A program made the translations under genes and the position numbers. Below, one piece after another: positions 1-10,025 of a stretch of 57,502 nucleotides of DNA. Positions within the stretch are counted from its first letter, which is position 1. Every line of letters begins with the position of its first letter. Source of the DNA: Candidatus Komeilibacteria bacterium (GTDB lineage Bacteria > Patescibacteriota > Patescibacteriia > UBA1558 > 2-01-FULL-52-15). Location: the NCBI GenBank assembly GCA_043801745.1, contig JAZDLR010000025.1:1-57502 (forward strand), in the 5' to 3' direction. Under the pieces are notes generated by a model. The model was given only the letters and a program-made list of their open reading frames with translations, was not told the DNA's origin and did no database searches.

Positions 1-714
1 TTGCCAGGGATTAGAAATAAAGTTTGCTCCAATAATTGCACAGCTTTGGGTAATGGTGCTTGTGTTCCTTATGGTGCTTCAGTCCTTTCTTTGGCTGGGG
101 CGGATGTGATGTATGTTAATGGCTCCCCATATTTTTATCCCGCCTGCACTACTCCATTTGCCGATTTACAGAGTGTGCAATATTCGGGAAATGCTTGCTC
201 GGCGACGCCGAACGTGAATATACCCGCACAAAATAATACTAGTGCTATTACGGCCGGACAAATGTTCCGCACTAGCAATTTGGGGCCAGGGCCTAATATT
301 GTTGCCATTAAGTTTCAAACGACAAAAGGACCAACTTGCGGTGGCGCGATTTCAACTGTTGCTTCGCCGACAGATAACATAATTTACTATTTAAGTAATT
401 GGCAGTTTGGCAGGACGTCAGCTTCGCGTTGGGTTTGTACCAGTAATTCCAGCGGTAACGCCAATAATGATATCCATGGTAAAGCCTGGTATGAGTATGA
501 CTTTATTGATAGTTCTTGGTCCTTACCAAATTGGTCGGTTTTTGGCGGAACTTGTGGTTTTCCACTAAATGCCTGTTACTATGTTCAAAATATTAATACT
601 GTCGCTTGTAATACAGTCACGGCTGTCGATGGTGCTCTGCAAAATAGCTGGCTATGGCTTTCAAGTCTTCCAGATAGGACTATTTATTGTCGTCTTAAAT
701 ATTTTGCTACCTAA
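1..714 (+). CDS. Cys/Asn/Trp-rich hypothetical extracellular protein, probably the 3' part of a gene that starts upstream of the window
   Basis: Frame open from base 1 to TAA at 714; many Cys, no recognisable start context. Confidence 0.6.
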   Translation: MPGIRNKVCSNNCTALGNGACVPYGASVLSLAGADVMYVNGSPYFYPACTTPFADLQSVQYSGNACSATPNVNIPAQNNTSAITAGQMFRTSNLGPGPNIVAIKFQTTKGPTCGGAISTVASPTDNIIYYLSNWQFGRTSASRWVCTSNSSGNANNDIHGKAWYEYDFIDSSWSLPNWSVFGGTCGFPLNACYYVQNINTVACNTVTAVDGALQNSWLWLSSLPDRTIYCRLKYFAT

Positions 715-758
715 TTAGGTGTGTATTAAACCATTAATCTCATAATCGATACAAGTGT

Positions 759-1580
759 ATGTTCGACGACGTAAAAAAAGATGACCGCCAAGTAGTTTCC
801 GGTCCCGTACCATCTGGCCCTGGACCGACCGAGGATATGTTTTCTGAAGTTGATCCGACTAAAGATGTTCAGACGCCACCGCGGCCGTCAGCCGTAGCCC
901 AAGGTGTGATGAAACCGGCCGGAGCCAGTCCTGTGGTTCCTGTTGAAGTTGGCCCGACTCAGCCCCTGCGCAACCTCAATGATGTTATGTTAGAGGATTC
1001 ATCCATGGTTAAACCCCCAATTGTTAAGCGTATTCTTATCTGGTTATTGTCGGTCGCGGTGATTGTGGTGGTTGGTTGGGGCGGATTTTACGTTTATGCT
1101 AATTTTATTGCTCCGGCTATGAACCGCCCGGCCACGACTAATACTGATACTACCAACACTAATACCATTAACCAACCGGTTGATAATACCAATCAGCCGG
1201 ATACTAATACCAACACAAATACTGATGTCGCGACTACTACTGCCGTGCCGAATCAGGCCGCTATTGATACTGATGGTGATAGTTTGACTGATGTGGAGGA
1301 GCAGCTGCTGGGTACGGATCTTAATAGCCAGGACAGTGATAAGGATGGTTTGACTGATTATGAAGAGGTTAAAATCTACGGCACTGATCCATTAAATCCT
1401 GATACCGACAATGATGGCCTGACTGACCGCGAGGAAGTGATTACCTGGAAAACCAATCCCAAAAATCCCGATACTGACGGTGATGGTTTTCAGGACGGCA
1501 CGGAAGTGAAAAGTGGTTATAATCCCGCCGGACCGGGTAAATTAACGCCCGATCAATTACCAAGCAATCAACCGCAATAA
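759..1580 (+). CDS. Single-TM surface protein with DxDxDG Ca-binding (thrombospondin type 3-like) repeats
   Basis: One TM helix, Thr/Asn linker, four DTDGDxLxDxEE-type repeats. Confidence 0.8.
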   Translation: MFDDVKKDDRQVVSGPVPSGPGPTEDMFSEVDPTKDVQTPPRPSAVAQGVMKPAGASPVVPVEVGPTQPLRNLNDVMLEDSSMVKPPIVKRILIWLLSVAVIVVVGWGGFYVYANFIAPAMNRPATTNTDTTNTNTINQPVDNTNQPDTNTNTNTDVATTTAVPNQAAIDTDGDSLTDVEEQLLGTDLNSQDSDKDGLTDYEEVKIYGTDPLNPDTDNDGLTDREEVITWKTNPKNPDTDGDGFQDGTEVKSGYNPAGPGKLTPDQLPSNQPQ

Positions 1581-1585
1581 TATTT

Positions 1586-2863
1586 ATGTTTGAACCGTTT
1601 GCTAAAAAGCCCGAAGCGCCGAAACCGGAGACAACAATTCCTGAAGTTATTACTTTTGACATACCCGAGGACGCTTTGCATGTGATGCCTACGCAATATC
1701 ACGGTTCTCAGCCGGCAATCCGTAAGCAAAAGGCAGCTGCTTCAGCTGGACCGGGTAATCCCAACAAGCGGTTCTTGCTTCTGATCGGCGGTTTGGCTTT
1801 GATTCTGGGAGCGATTGTAGCGGGTTTTTATTTTTACGCTCAATATTTTCCCACGACACCGGCTCCGGCTCCGACCAATACTAACACCAATGTTCCGGTG
1901 ACTAACACACCGCCGGCAACTCTTGATACCACACCGGATATTACTACGGCTGAAGGACGCGACGCTCAAAGAATTAAAGATATAACTTTGTTACAGCAAG
2001 CCCTGTCATCCTATCAGTTGGAATTCAAAGTCTATCCTCAGGTTTTGGCTGCCTTGCCGGCCAAATATTTACTACAGGAACCCAGAGATCCTTTAAGCGG
2101 CCAATCTTATGTTTACACGGTTATTACGGGTGGCAGTGATTATTTCCTGCAATTTGTCATTGAAAGTCAGACAATTTTTAACGGACAGGTAATAACAGCC
2201 GGTGTTCACGCTGTTGGTTCAGTTGGTTTATTGCCAGACGGTCAGCCGCCAGCAACAGCCACCTCCACTGCTCCGGTAATTTCTAATCAACCTGATACTG
2301 ATAGTTTGGATACTGATGCTGATGGTCTGACTGCGGCTGAAGAAGTGAATTTCCAGACTGATCCCCAGAATCCGGATACCGATGGTGATGGTTATAAGGA
2401 CGGCGCTGAAGTTCTAAGTCTTTACAACCCCTTGGCCGGCAAAGGAGCCTTTCTGAATGTTTCTGGCTTAGTCAAGATATATAGAAACACCACGTATAAT
2501 TTTAGCTTTTGGGTGCCGGCTAATGATTGGATAACGCGCAGCGTGGATGCTAGTGACCAGGAAATTATCTTGACCGCACCGACTGGCGATACTATCACGG
2601 TTTCCAGCCAGCCCAACGAAGGTAAGAAGTTAATTGACGCCTGGTACCTGGCGCAACATCCGGAAGTCACTAATTCTCAGTTACGTAAGCTTCAGGTCGG
2701 TTCTCTGTCAGCTATTGAGTCAGCCGATGGACTGGCAGTCTATGCTAGCAACAGTGACACCATTTTTTCTATCACTTACCAACCGGCTGGTAGTGCTGTT
2801 GATTATCCGGCGGTGTTTCAATTGTTGCTGAATACTTGGCAGAGCCCGGCGGCAGCTTCCTAA
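1586..2863 (+). CDS. Single-TM surface protein with pseudopilin/GspG-like segment and DxDxDG repeats
   Basis: TM helix; RDAQRIKDI...YP...PRDP motif; DTDADG/DTDGDG repeats. Confidence 0.7.
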   Translation: MFEPFAKKPEAPKPETTIPEVITFDIPEDALHVMPTQYHGSQPAIRKQKAAASAGPGNPNKRFLLLIGGLALILGAIVAGFYFYAQYFPTTPAPAPTNTNTNVPVTNTPPATLDTTPDITTAEGRDAQRIKDITLLQQALSSYQLEFKVYPQVLAALPAKYLLQEPRDPLSGQSYVYTVITGGSDYFLQFVIESQTIFNGQVITAGVHAVGSVGLLPDGQPPATATSTAPVISNQPDTDSLDTDADGLTAAEEVNFQTDPQNPDTDGDGYKDGAEVLSLYNPLAGKGAFLNVSGLVKIYRNTTYNFSFWVPANDWITRSVDASDQEIILTAPTGDTITVSSQPNEGKKLIDAWYLAQHPEVTNSQLRKLQVGSLSAIESADGLAVYASNSDTIFSITYQPAGSAVDYPAVFQLLLNTWQSPAAAS

Positions 2864-2864
2864 T

Positions 2865-3284
2865 ATGTTGAAATTTGTTATGTCCGGCGGTCAGGCCAGT
2901 GACTGGCGCTGGTTACTAGTTTGGGGTAAGGTGGTAGGACAGAAATACCAGCCAAAACAAGAAGTTTCTCTGGCTGTGATTAGTCCACAGCGCATGCGTC
3001 AATTGAACCGTCAATGGCGACACCAGGATAAAGCGACCGATGTTTTGTCCTTTCGCTTGGCTGGATCAGCAGAGGACACCGTTTTAGGGGAAATCTTGAT
3101 TTGTCGCTCAGTAGCTGCCCGTCAGGCCAAGCAGCAGGGTCATTCTTTGCTCCGCGAGCTGCAAATTTTGACCATTCATGGCACCTTACATCTGTTAGGT
3201 TATGATCATGAGCAAGAGCGGGAGGCTCGGGTGATGATGGCTCTAGAAAAAAAGTTGTTACGGCAGTTGCTACTGGTTGCCTAA
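2865..3284 (+). CDS. ybeY: rRNA maturation endoribonuclease YbeY
   Basis: TDVLSF and HGTLHLLGYDH motifs. Confidence 0.95.
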   Translation: MLKFVMSGGQASDWRWLLVWGKVVGQKYQPKQEVSLAVISPQRMRQLNRQWRHQDKATDVLSFRLAGSAEDTVLGEILICRSVAARQAKQQGHSLLRELQILTIHGTLHLLGYDHEQEREARVMMALEKKLLRQLLLVA

Positions 3285-3333
3285 AGTAAGATTTTTTTAT
3301 TATAATAACTAGGATTTTTATCCAACTTGATTC

Positions 3334-4578
3334 ATGGCACGCCCAGAAATTATCACCGGATTAGACATCGGAACTAGCACAGTTCGAGTTGTTGTTGGCA
3401 GTCGTGAATACGACGGCAGCGTGCGTATTTTGGGTGTGGGCGAAGCTCTGTCACAGGGTGTTTCCAAGGGCAACATCGTGGACGTGGAAGAAGTGGTTTC
3501 TGCGGTATCTGAAGCCCTAGAACGGGCCGAGCGGATGTCAGGACAAGCCATTGAACGGGCAGTGATTGGCGTTAATGGCAGCCATATTAAAGTTGTTCAG
3601 AGTCAGGGAGTTGTAGCTGTTTCGCGGGCCAATAATCAGGTGGAACCAGTTGATGTTGAGCGTGCTCTGGATGCGGCTCAGGCAGTAGCTACACCACCCA
3701 ATTATGAAATCCTGCACGTTTTGCCAGTAGCTTATACTCTGGATAATCAGAAGAACATCAAAGATCCGATTGGCATGTCGGGTATTCGGCTGGAAGCGCA
3801 GGCCCAGTTGATTATGGGCCTAAGCAGCCAAATAAAAAATATTTCTAAATGCGTTTACCGCACTGGTATTGAAGTTGAAGGTTTTGTTTTTTCTATTTTG
3901 GCTACGGCTTCGGCTGTTTTAGATAAGCGTCAGAAAGATATTGGTGTAGTGGTAGTGAATATTGGTTCATCGACTACTTCGCTGGTTGTTTATGAAGAGG
4001 GCGAAGTGCTGTATGCCAGTTCTTTGCCGATTGGTTCCGATCACATCACTCAAGATTTGGCCATCGGTTTACGCACCGGATTGGATGTGGCGGAAGCGGT
4101 CAAGATTGATTTCGGAGTAGTGGATCCGGCCAAAGTTTCTAAACGGGAAGAGATTGATCTTAACCGCTACGCTTCTTCCGAACAACCGCGTACCACGGTG
4201 TCCAGCCGACATGTGGCCGAGATTATCAACGCGCGCCTAGATGAAATTTTTGAAATGGTGGATAAAGAATTAAAATTAATTAACCGTAGCGCTGGTTTGC
4301 CAGCTGGCGTGGTACTTACCGGTGGAGGGGCAAAGCTGCAGGGCATTATTGATGTGGCCAAGGATCGTTTACGTCTACCGGCCTTTTTAGGTAAACCGCT
4401 GTTAGTTGGTTCAGCCATAGAAAAAATTAATGACCCGCGTTATACTACGGCATTAGGATTGGTACACTATGCCTTAAATGGCGGCAGCGCAGCGCGGGGT
4501 AGTGGCCAGCCAGTATTATTGTCAGTTAGACAGTCAGCCGAACGTCTAACCGGCTGGTTTAAGAAATTATTACCTTAG
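3334..4578 (+). CDS. ftsA: Cell division protein FtsA
   Basis: GLDIGTS, VLTGGGA motifs; directly upstream of ftsZ. Confidence 0.97.
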   Translation: MARPEIITGLDIGTSTVRVVVGSREYDGSVRILGVGEALSQGVSKGNIVDVEEVVSAVSEALERAERMSGQAIERAVIGVNGSHIKVVQSQGVVAVSRANNQVEPVDVERALDAAQAVATPPNYEILHVLPVAYTLDNQKNIKDPIGMSGIRLEAQAQLIMGLSSQIKNISKCVYRTGIEVEGFVFSILATASAVLDKRQKDIGVVVVNIGSSTTSLVVYEEGEVLYASSLPIGSDHITQDLAIGLRTGLDVAEAVKIDFGVVDPAKVSKREEIDLNRYASSEQPRTTVSSRHVAEIINARLDEIFEMVDKELKLINRSAGLPAGVVLTGGGAKLQGIIDVAKDRLRLPAFLGKPLLVGSAIEKINDPRYTTALGLVHYALNGGSAARGSGQPVLLSVRQSAERLTGWFKKLLP

Positions 4579-4636
4579 AGCCTTTATTTTTTTCGCCATA
4601 TTGGCTATACTAGACCATATCAATTAAGCTTATTAC

Positions 4637-5800
4637 ATGGCAAAACGCACTGCTCAAGAAGTTAAACCTCCGGTAGAAAATATCGCTAAAATTAAAGTTG
4701 TTGGTGTTGGGGGTTCTGGCGGATCGGCTTTGAACCGGATGATGAGTTCTAAAGTCCGCGGCATTGAGTTTATTGCCATTAATACTGATGCTCAGGCGTT
4801 GAATCAATCCCAGGCTCATCGCAAAGTTCAGATTGGCGTTAGCACTACAAAAGGTTTAGGTGCCGGCATGGATCCGGATGTTGGTCAGCGTTCAGCCGAG
4901 GAAAATGAATCAGACATTGCCCGCGCCATTGAAGGAGCTGACATGGTGTTTTTGACCTGTGGTTTGGGTGGCGGCACCGGCACGGGCTCTATTCCCTTTA
5001 TTGCGCAGTTAGCCCGTGAAGCTGGTGCTTTGACAGTAGCGGTCGTGACTAAGCCCTTTTCCTTTGAAGGCGCTAAGCGCCGGGAAATTGCCGAATCAGG
5101 TTATGAGCAATTGTTGGACCGGGTTGATACTATTATCACGATTCCCAATGACCGTTTACTACAGATTATTGATAAGCGCACGCCTCTGCTGGAGGCCTTC
5201 TCTATTGTTGATGAAGTTTTGAAACAGGGAGTCTTGGGTATTTCCGAAATCATCACTATACCCGGATTAATCAATGTTGATTTTGCTGATGTTAAAGCCA
5301 TTATGGGTAATGCCGGTACGGCTTTAATGGGTATTGGTCAGGCTAGCGGTGAGAACCGGGCGATTGAAGCGGCCCGGGCCGCGATTGATAGTCCTTTATT
5401 AGAGTTGTCGATTGAGGGCGCTAAGGGAGTGCTCTTTACTGTCGCCGGTGGACCAGATTTATCTATGCATGAGGTGCAAGAAGCAGCTGAAGTTATCACC
5501 GCCAGCGCTGATCCTGGTGCTAAGATAATCTTTGGAACTATAATCGATGATTCTTTGGGTGATCAGATAAAGATAACAGTTATTGCTACTGGCTTTAAGA
5601 ACCTTCGCGACCGCCGTACTAATGATGACGATGAAGAAGGTCCGTCATATCGGCAGGCCAAGACAGTATTTTCCCCAACTATGGAAGAAAAGAAAATTTT
5701 CACCAAGCCTAAGGTTGAGATAGAAAAGGAAGAGTCAGTTGACGAAGAGTATAAAGAGTTAGATATCCCGCGTTTTATCCGCAATAAAATGAAGAAATAG
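4637..5800 (+). CDS. ftsZ: Cell division protein FtsZ
   Basis: GGGTGTG tubulin signature; C-terminal LDIPRFIR. Confidence 0.99.
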   Translation: MAKRTAQEVKPPVENIAKIKVVGVGGSGGSALNRMMSSKVRGIEFIAINTDAQALNQSQAHRKVQIGVSTTKGLGAGMDPDVGQRSAEENESDIARAIEGADMVFLTCGLGGGTGTGSIPFIAQLAREAGALTVAVVTKPFSFEGAKRREIAESGYEQLLDRVDTIITIPNDRLLQIIDKRTPLLEAFSIVDEVLKQGVLGISEIITIPGLINVDFADVKAIMGNAGTALMGIGQASGENRAIEAARAAIDSPLLELSIEGAKGVLFTVAGGPDLSMHEVQEAAEVITASADPGAKIIFGTIIDDSLGDQIKITVIATGFKNLRDRRTNDDDEEGPSYRQAKTVFSPTMEEKKIFTKPKVEIEKEESVDEEYKELDIPRFIRNKMKK

Positions 5801-5878
5801 GAATTAGCTTGTAGCTGGTAGCTTCGTAGGGACTGGCCAATTAACTACAACCTAACCCCTAATTCCTAATTCCTAACC
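5798..5878. repeat. 7-nt-periodic intergenic repeat (TAGCTTG/TAGCTGG; CCTAATT/CCTAACC)
   Basis: Tandem heptamers; the 20-mer at 5805-5824 is identical to 36964-36983. Confidence 0.75.
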
Positions 5879-5879
5879 A

Positions 5880-6416
5880 ATGAATTGTCCGGTTTGTAAT
5901 CATGCAGATACTAAAGTTGTAGATTCCCGTATTACCACTGATACCACGGGAATCAGGCGTCGCCGTGAATGCGTCAAGTGCGCATTCCGTTTTTCAACTT
6001 TGGAGGAAGTCGAGCTTCTGGATATGATGATTGTTAAACGCGATGGTCGGCGGCAGCCGTACTCACGGGATAAGTTGGCCCAAGGTTTGCGTAAGAGTTT
6101 GGAAAAGCGTTCTTATACGGAAGATCATTTTAATAATTTACTGCACCGGATAGAGCGCGATATTCAGAAAACCCGCAAAAGTGAATTGACCAGCAAGGAA
6201 GTAGGCGAGATTGTGATGAAACGGCTTAAGCGCTTTGATGAAATTGCTTATATCCGTTTTGCCTCGGTTTACCGGTCGTTTACTGACGCCGCCACCTTTA
6301 AGCGCGAGTTGGAAGGTATGCTGCCTGCCCGACTCGGCGCGTCTTCGCGGGCGGGCGGGCCTGCCCGCCAGCAGCTGCGCCGTCAGGCGGTGGCCGGCAG
6401 GCGAAAGAAACGATGA
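5880..6416 (+). CDS. nrdR: Transcriptional repressor NrdR with in-frame palindromic insertions near the C-terminus
   Basis: CPVC...RRRRECVKC Zn ribbon, ATP-cone, AYIRFASVY. Confidence 0.97.
   Translation: MNCPVCNHADTKVVDSRITTDTTGIRRRRECVKCAFRFSTLEEVELLDMMIVKRDGRRQPYSRDKLAQGLRKSLEKRSYTEDHFNNLLHRIERDIQKTRKSELTSKEVGEIVMKRLKRFDEIAYIRFASVYRSFTDAATFKRELEGMLPARLGASSRAGGPARQQLRRQAVAGRRKKR
6324..6401. repeat. Two tandem palindromic modules (36 nt + 42 nt) inside nrdR
   Basis: CCTGCCCG...CGGGCGGG and CCTGCC...GGCAGG; both lengths are multiples of 3. Confidence 0.8.
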
Positions 6417-6470
6417 AAATAATTGTAGTAGCAATTTGTCAGTCCTATAGCTGTCAGGTATAATCTTTTT

Positions 6471-6755
6471 ATGGACGAAGAGATAAAGAAAATATTAGAT
6501 CAACAAAGTCAAGATCTGGCGGACATTAAAGTCCAGCTGGTCAAGATCCGCCGGCATTTTGTCTGGGAACAAGTTTGGTCGGTGGTTAGGATTTTGCTTA
6601 TTGTTGTTCCGCTCATCGTTGCCTATATTGTGTTGATGCCTATGTTACAACAAGCCTTAGCGCAATATCAGGATTTGTCTTCTTCGCTTAAGAATCCCGC
6701 CGGCGGAAATAACCTTAATTTACAAGACTTGATCAATCAATATCAACTCAAATAA
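6471..6755 (+). CDS. Small membrane protein, hypothetical
   Basis: 94 aa, coiled-coil plus one TM helix, TATAAT upstream. Confidence 0.75.
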   Translation: MDEEIKKILDQQSQDLADIKVQLVKIRRHFVWEQVWSVVRILLIVVPLIVAYIVLMPMLQQALAQYQDLSSSLKNPAGGNNLNLQDLINQYQLK

Positions 6756-6762
6756 ATAATCC

Positions 6763-7998
6763 ATGAAACCTGCGGTCAAGATAATTATTTGTTCCCTAAT
6801 AATACCGGTTGCCGCCGGTTTTATCGGCGCTTACCTCTTTATTAATTACGGTCAAAACTGGATCCGCGTCACTGGGATTAATAGTGGTCCGGGTAAAGAT
6901 AATTTAGTCACTGTTTTACAGGATGATAAAAATAAAGTTCTGAAGGTAACGGAAGAATCCAGCACCATTGATATTGCTCAGGCCGTGGCGCCGAGCGTGG
7001 TATCGGTGACTATTAAGAAGGATGTCAGTCAACAACCAGTGGATCCCTTTTTTGATTTTTCTCCTTTTGATCAATTTTTTGGCACTCCGACTCCGCAACC
7101 GACTCCTAAAAGCACCACGCCGAATATTCAGAAAGTGGGTGGCGGTTCGGGTTTTATTATTACGGCTGATGGCTATATCCTAACTAATCGTCATGTGATT
7201 AGTGATACCGAGGCTCAATACACCGTAACTTTAAATGACGGCAAGGAATATCCGGCTAAGGTTATTGGTACCGATTTATTTAATGATGTTGGTGTGTTGA
7301 AAATTGACGCCAAAAATTTGCCGGTTTTGAAACTGGGCAACTCGGATGATCTTAAAGTCGGTCAAACTGTCATTGCTATGGGTAATGCTTTAGCGGAATT
7401 TCCCAACAGTGTGACTAAAGGTGTTATTTCTGGCATGGGGCGCAGTGTAGTGGCTGGCGGTGGCGGCACTTCAGAAAATCTGGAAGACGTGATTCAAACT
7501 GACGCGGCTATTAATCCGGGAAATTCCGGCGGGCCGCTGTTAAACTTGGCCGGTGAAGTGGTGGGTGTTAATACGGCTGTGTCTAATCAGGGTCAGTTAA
7601 TCGGTTTTGCGATTCCTATTAATTCGGTGAAGAAAATTGTTCAGGGTATTGTGACAAAAGGTGAGATTATCCGTCCTTATCTGGGTGTGCGTTATGTTCT
7701 GATCACTGACGCTTTGGTGCAGCAGAATAATTTACCGCTCCAGCAAGGCGCTCTAGTTACCCGAGGTAAGAACGCCGCCGATATTGCCGTAATTCCCGGA
7801 TCACCGGCGGACAAGGCGGGTATTGTTGAAAATGATATTATTGAGTCTGTTAACGGAAAAGTTATTACCGAGCAAGATAATTTGGCTAAATTGATTAGTG
7901 GTTATAATCCAGGTGATCAGATTAAGCTAAAAGTTTATTCTAAAGGTAAAGAGAAAGAAGTGACAGTAACTTTAGAACAATATAAACCCAGTAACTAG
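6763..7998 (+). CDS. htrA: HtrA/DegP-family serine protease with PDZ domain
   Basis: LTNRHV, DAAINPGNSGGPL, C-terminal PDZ. Confidence 0.95.
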   Translation: MKPAVKIIICSLIIPVAAGFIGAYLFINYGQNWIRVTGINSGPGKDNLVTVLQDDKNKVLKVTEESSTIDIAQAVAPSVVSVTIKKDVSQQPVDPFFDFSPFDQFFGTPTPQPTPKSTTPNIQKVGGGSGFIITADGYILTNRHVISDTEAQYTVTLNDGKEYPAKVIGTDLFNDVGVLKIDAKNLPVLKLGNSDDLKVGQTVIAMGNALAEFPNSVTKGVISGMGRSVVAGGGGTSENLEDVIQTDAAINPGNSGGPLLNLAGEVVGVNTAVSNQGQLIGFAIPINSVKKIVQGIVTKGEIIRPYLGVRYVLITDALVQQNNLPLQQGALVTRGKNAADIAVIPGSPADKAGIVENDIIESVNGKVITEQDNLAKLISGYNPGDQIKLKVYSKGKEKEVTVTLEQYKPSN

Positions 7999-9092
7999 TG
8001 TCAGCTATAGATTCACGTTTAGAGCAGTCGCTGGCCCGCGTCAACAGTGCGTGGGCAGCTTTGCGTTTAGACAGTAAACAAGCGCGTTTACAGGAATTAC
8101 AGCAGTTGATGTCGCAGCCCAATTTCTGGTCTGACCGCAAGCAGGCCGAGAAGTTAAGTCAGGAGGCGTCTAGTTTAGAACAGCAAATTACTACCTGGAG
8201 TGAGTTAAGGAATAAATTACAGGATATTGTTACTTTATCGTCCGACCAGTCACAAGGTATGCAATCGGGATTAGACCAAGAATTAGCCGCCATTGAAGAT
8301 AACCTGGAACGTCATCAAGATGAATTGTTATTTACTGGCGAATACGATGACCGGCCGGCGATTCTGACAATTTATTCCGGCGCCGGAGGAGTGGATGCGC
8401 AGGACTGGGCCCAGATGCTGGAGCGGATGTATTTACGTTTGGCTGACCAGCAAAAATGGCCAGTGGAAATTTTGAATCGAACTGTGGGTCAGGAAGCAGG
8501 CATAAAAAATACCACGATAAAAATCAGCGGTCTGCGGGCTTATGGTTATTTAAAAACTGAAGGTGGAGTTCATCGTCTGGTCCGTTTATCGCCGTATGAC
8601 GCCGATCAGTTACGACACACTTCTTTCGCTATGGTGGAAGTTTTACCCGAACTGGATGAATTAGCTGATGTGATAATTGATGACCAGGATTTAAAAATTG
8701 ATGTCTACCGTTCATCTGGGCATGGCGGTCAGTCAGTCAATACCACTGATTCAGCTGTTCGTCTGACGCATCTTCCCACCGGTATTGTTGTTACTTGTCA
8801 GAATGAGCGTTCGCAAATGCAGAATAAAGAACAAGCCAAAAAATATTTACTGGGTAAATTACAGAAATATTACCAAACGGAAAAAGAGGAGGAGCGCCAG
8901 GCTCTGCGCGGCGAATTAACCGAGGCAGCTTGGGGTAATCAGATCCGCTCTTACGTTTTACACCCGTATAAAATGGTGAAAGATCACCGCACTAAATTTG
9001 AGACCAAAGATCCGGACGCTGTGCTGGGCGGCGACTTGATGCCGTTTATGATTGAGCGGTTGAAACAGGAGGCAGGTTTGTTAAAGATTTAA
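7998..9092 (+). CDS. prfB: Peptide chain release factor 2 (continuous ORF)
   Basis: GGVDAQDWA, SPY at the SPF position, GGQ, WGNQIRSYV. Confidence 0.97.
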   Translation: MSAIDSRLEQSLARVNSAWAALRLDSKQARLQELQQLMSQPNFWSDRKQAEKLSQEASSLEQQITTWSELRNKLQDIVTLSSDQSQGMQSGLDQELAAIEDNLERHQDELLFTGEYDDRPAILTIYSGAGGVDAQDWAQMLERMYLRLADQQKWPVEILNRTVGQEAGIKNTTIKISGLRAYGYLKTEGGVHRLVRLSPYDADQLRHTSFAMVEVLPELDELADVIIDDQDLKIDVYRSSGHGGQSVNTTDSAVRLTHLPTGIVVTCQNERSQMQNKEQAKKYLLGKLQKYYQTEKEEERQALRGELTEAAWGNQIRSYVLHPYKMVKDHRTKFETKDPDAVLGGDLMPFMIERLKQEAGLLKI

Positions 9093-9178
9093 TGTCGGAC
9101 AGGGTAATAGCCGTCGGAAATAATTGGGGATAAAAATGCCCTTGTTTTTTTATGACACTGATTTACAATCAAGTAACT

Positions 9179-9532
9179 ATGAAAAGTGATATGCCCGCCA
9201 GAGGCGGGTCGCCCTATGGGCGAAAAAGCGAATATATAACTAAAGATTACTTTGATGCCGCTATGCGTGAGTATACGTGGGATATTATTGGGCATTTTAA
9301 TAAAAGTCAGGCTGAACAGAATAAACGCGTTGATAAATTGGAAATAGAGTTAAAGAAAGATATTAATGGTTTGAAAGAAACTGTTGATAGCCTAAAAACT
9401 GATGTTAGCTGCATTCAGGAGGTTTTAATGGATTATATTAATACTGATAAAACCGTCGTGACTCTGGTTCATGAACTGGAAGATGATCATCATTTAGCTT
9501 TACCAAAGACCGGAGCCTTATTGGCTAGATAG
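9179..9532 (+). CDS. Small coiled-coil hypothetical protein (start uncertain: 9152, 9179 or 9191)
   Basis: ITKDYFD N-terminal motif; similar to the next gene. Confidence 0.65.
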   Translation: MKSDMPARGGSPYGRKSEYITKDYFDAAMREYTWDIIGHFNKSQAEQNKRVDKLEIELKKDINGLKETVDSLKTDVSCIQEVLMDYINTDKTVVTLVHELEDDHHLALPKTGALLAR

Positions 9533-9602
9533 ATTGTCTGAATAATATATCCGGTCATAATATTATAAAATAACAGGGAGTCTAATTATAGTTAAAACTC
9601 CT

Positions 9603-9908
9603 ATGCAACTCACTAAAGAATACTTTGATAAAACTATTGAGCTTTTGAAGCTTAATATCCAAGATCAGTTTGCCAGTCAAAACGCCAAGTTTATTAGTAT
9701 TGATAAGCGTTTTGATCGCGTTGACGGTCGCTTGGAGTCACTTGAGGACGATATGTCTAAAGTCAAGGACGCGGTTTTATCGTTGGAAGATGACATGATT
9801 CAGGTGAGGGCTTCTGTCTCAAGTACTGATAAATCTCTGCATAATTTAGTGGCGGAAATAAGTAATAGGGGTATTAGAGTGGATAGGACCAAGGTTTTTG
9901 CTGCATGA
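9603..9908 (+). CDS. Small coiled-coil hypothetical protein
   Basis: LTKEYFD N-terminus, heptad repeats. Confidence 0.7.
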   Translation: MQLTKEYFDKTIELLKLNIQDQFASQNAKFISIDKRFDRVDGRLESLEDDMSKVKDAVLSLEDDMIQVRASVSSTDKSLHNLVAEISNRGIRVDRTKVFAA

Positions 9909-9971
9909 ATTATTAAAAGCTTTAATTATTGAATAAAAATAGCGATTATTGGCCATTTTTGTTATTTAGGA

Positions 9972-10025
9972 TTGACATAGTTTAATATATATGTTATTTT
10001 TTTACATTCGTCGTTCTCTTACAAC
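9972..10025 (+). promoter_or_regulatory. sigma70-like promoter followed by a boxA-like motif
   Basis: TTGACA(9972)-17-TATTTT with upstream TG; CGTTCTCTTACAAC at 10012. Confidence 0.5.

Noticed and set aside
1261-1530. DNA repeats in the DxDxDG genes
   Set aside because: Explained by protein-level Ca-binding repeats
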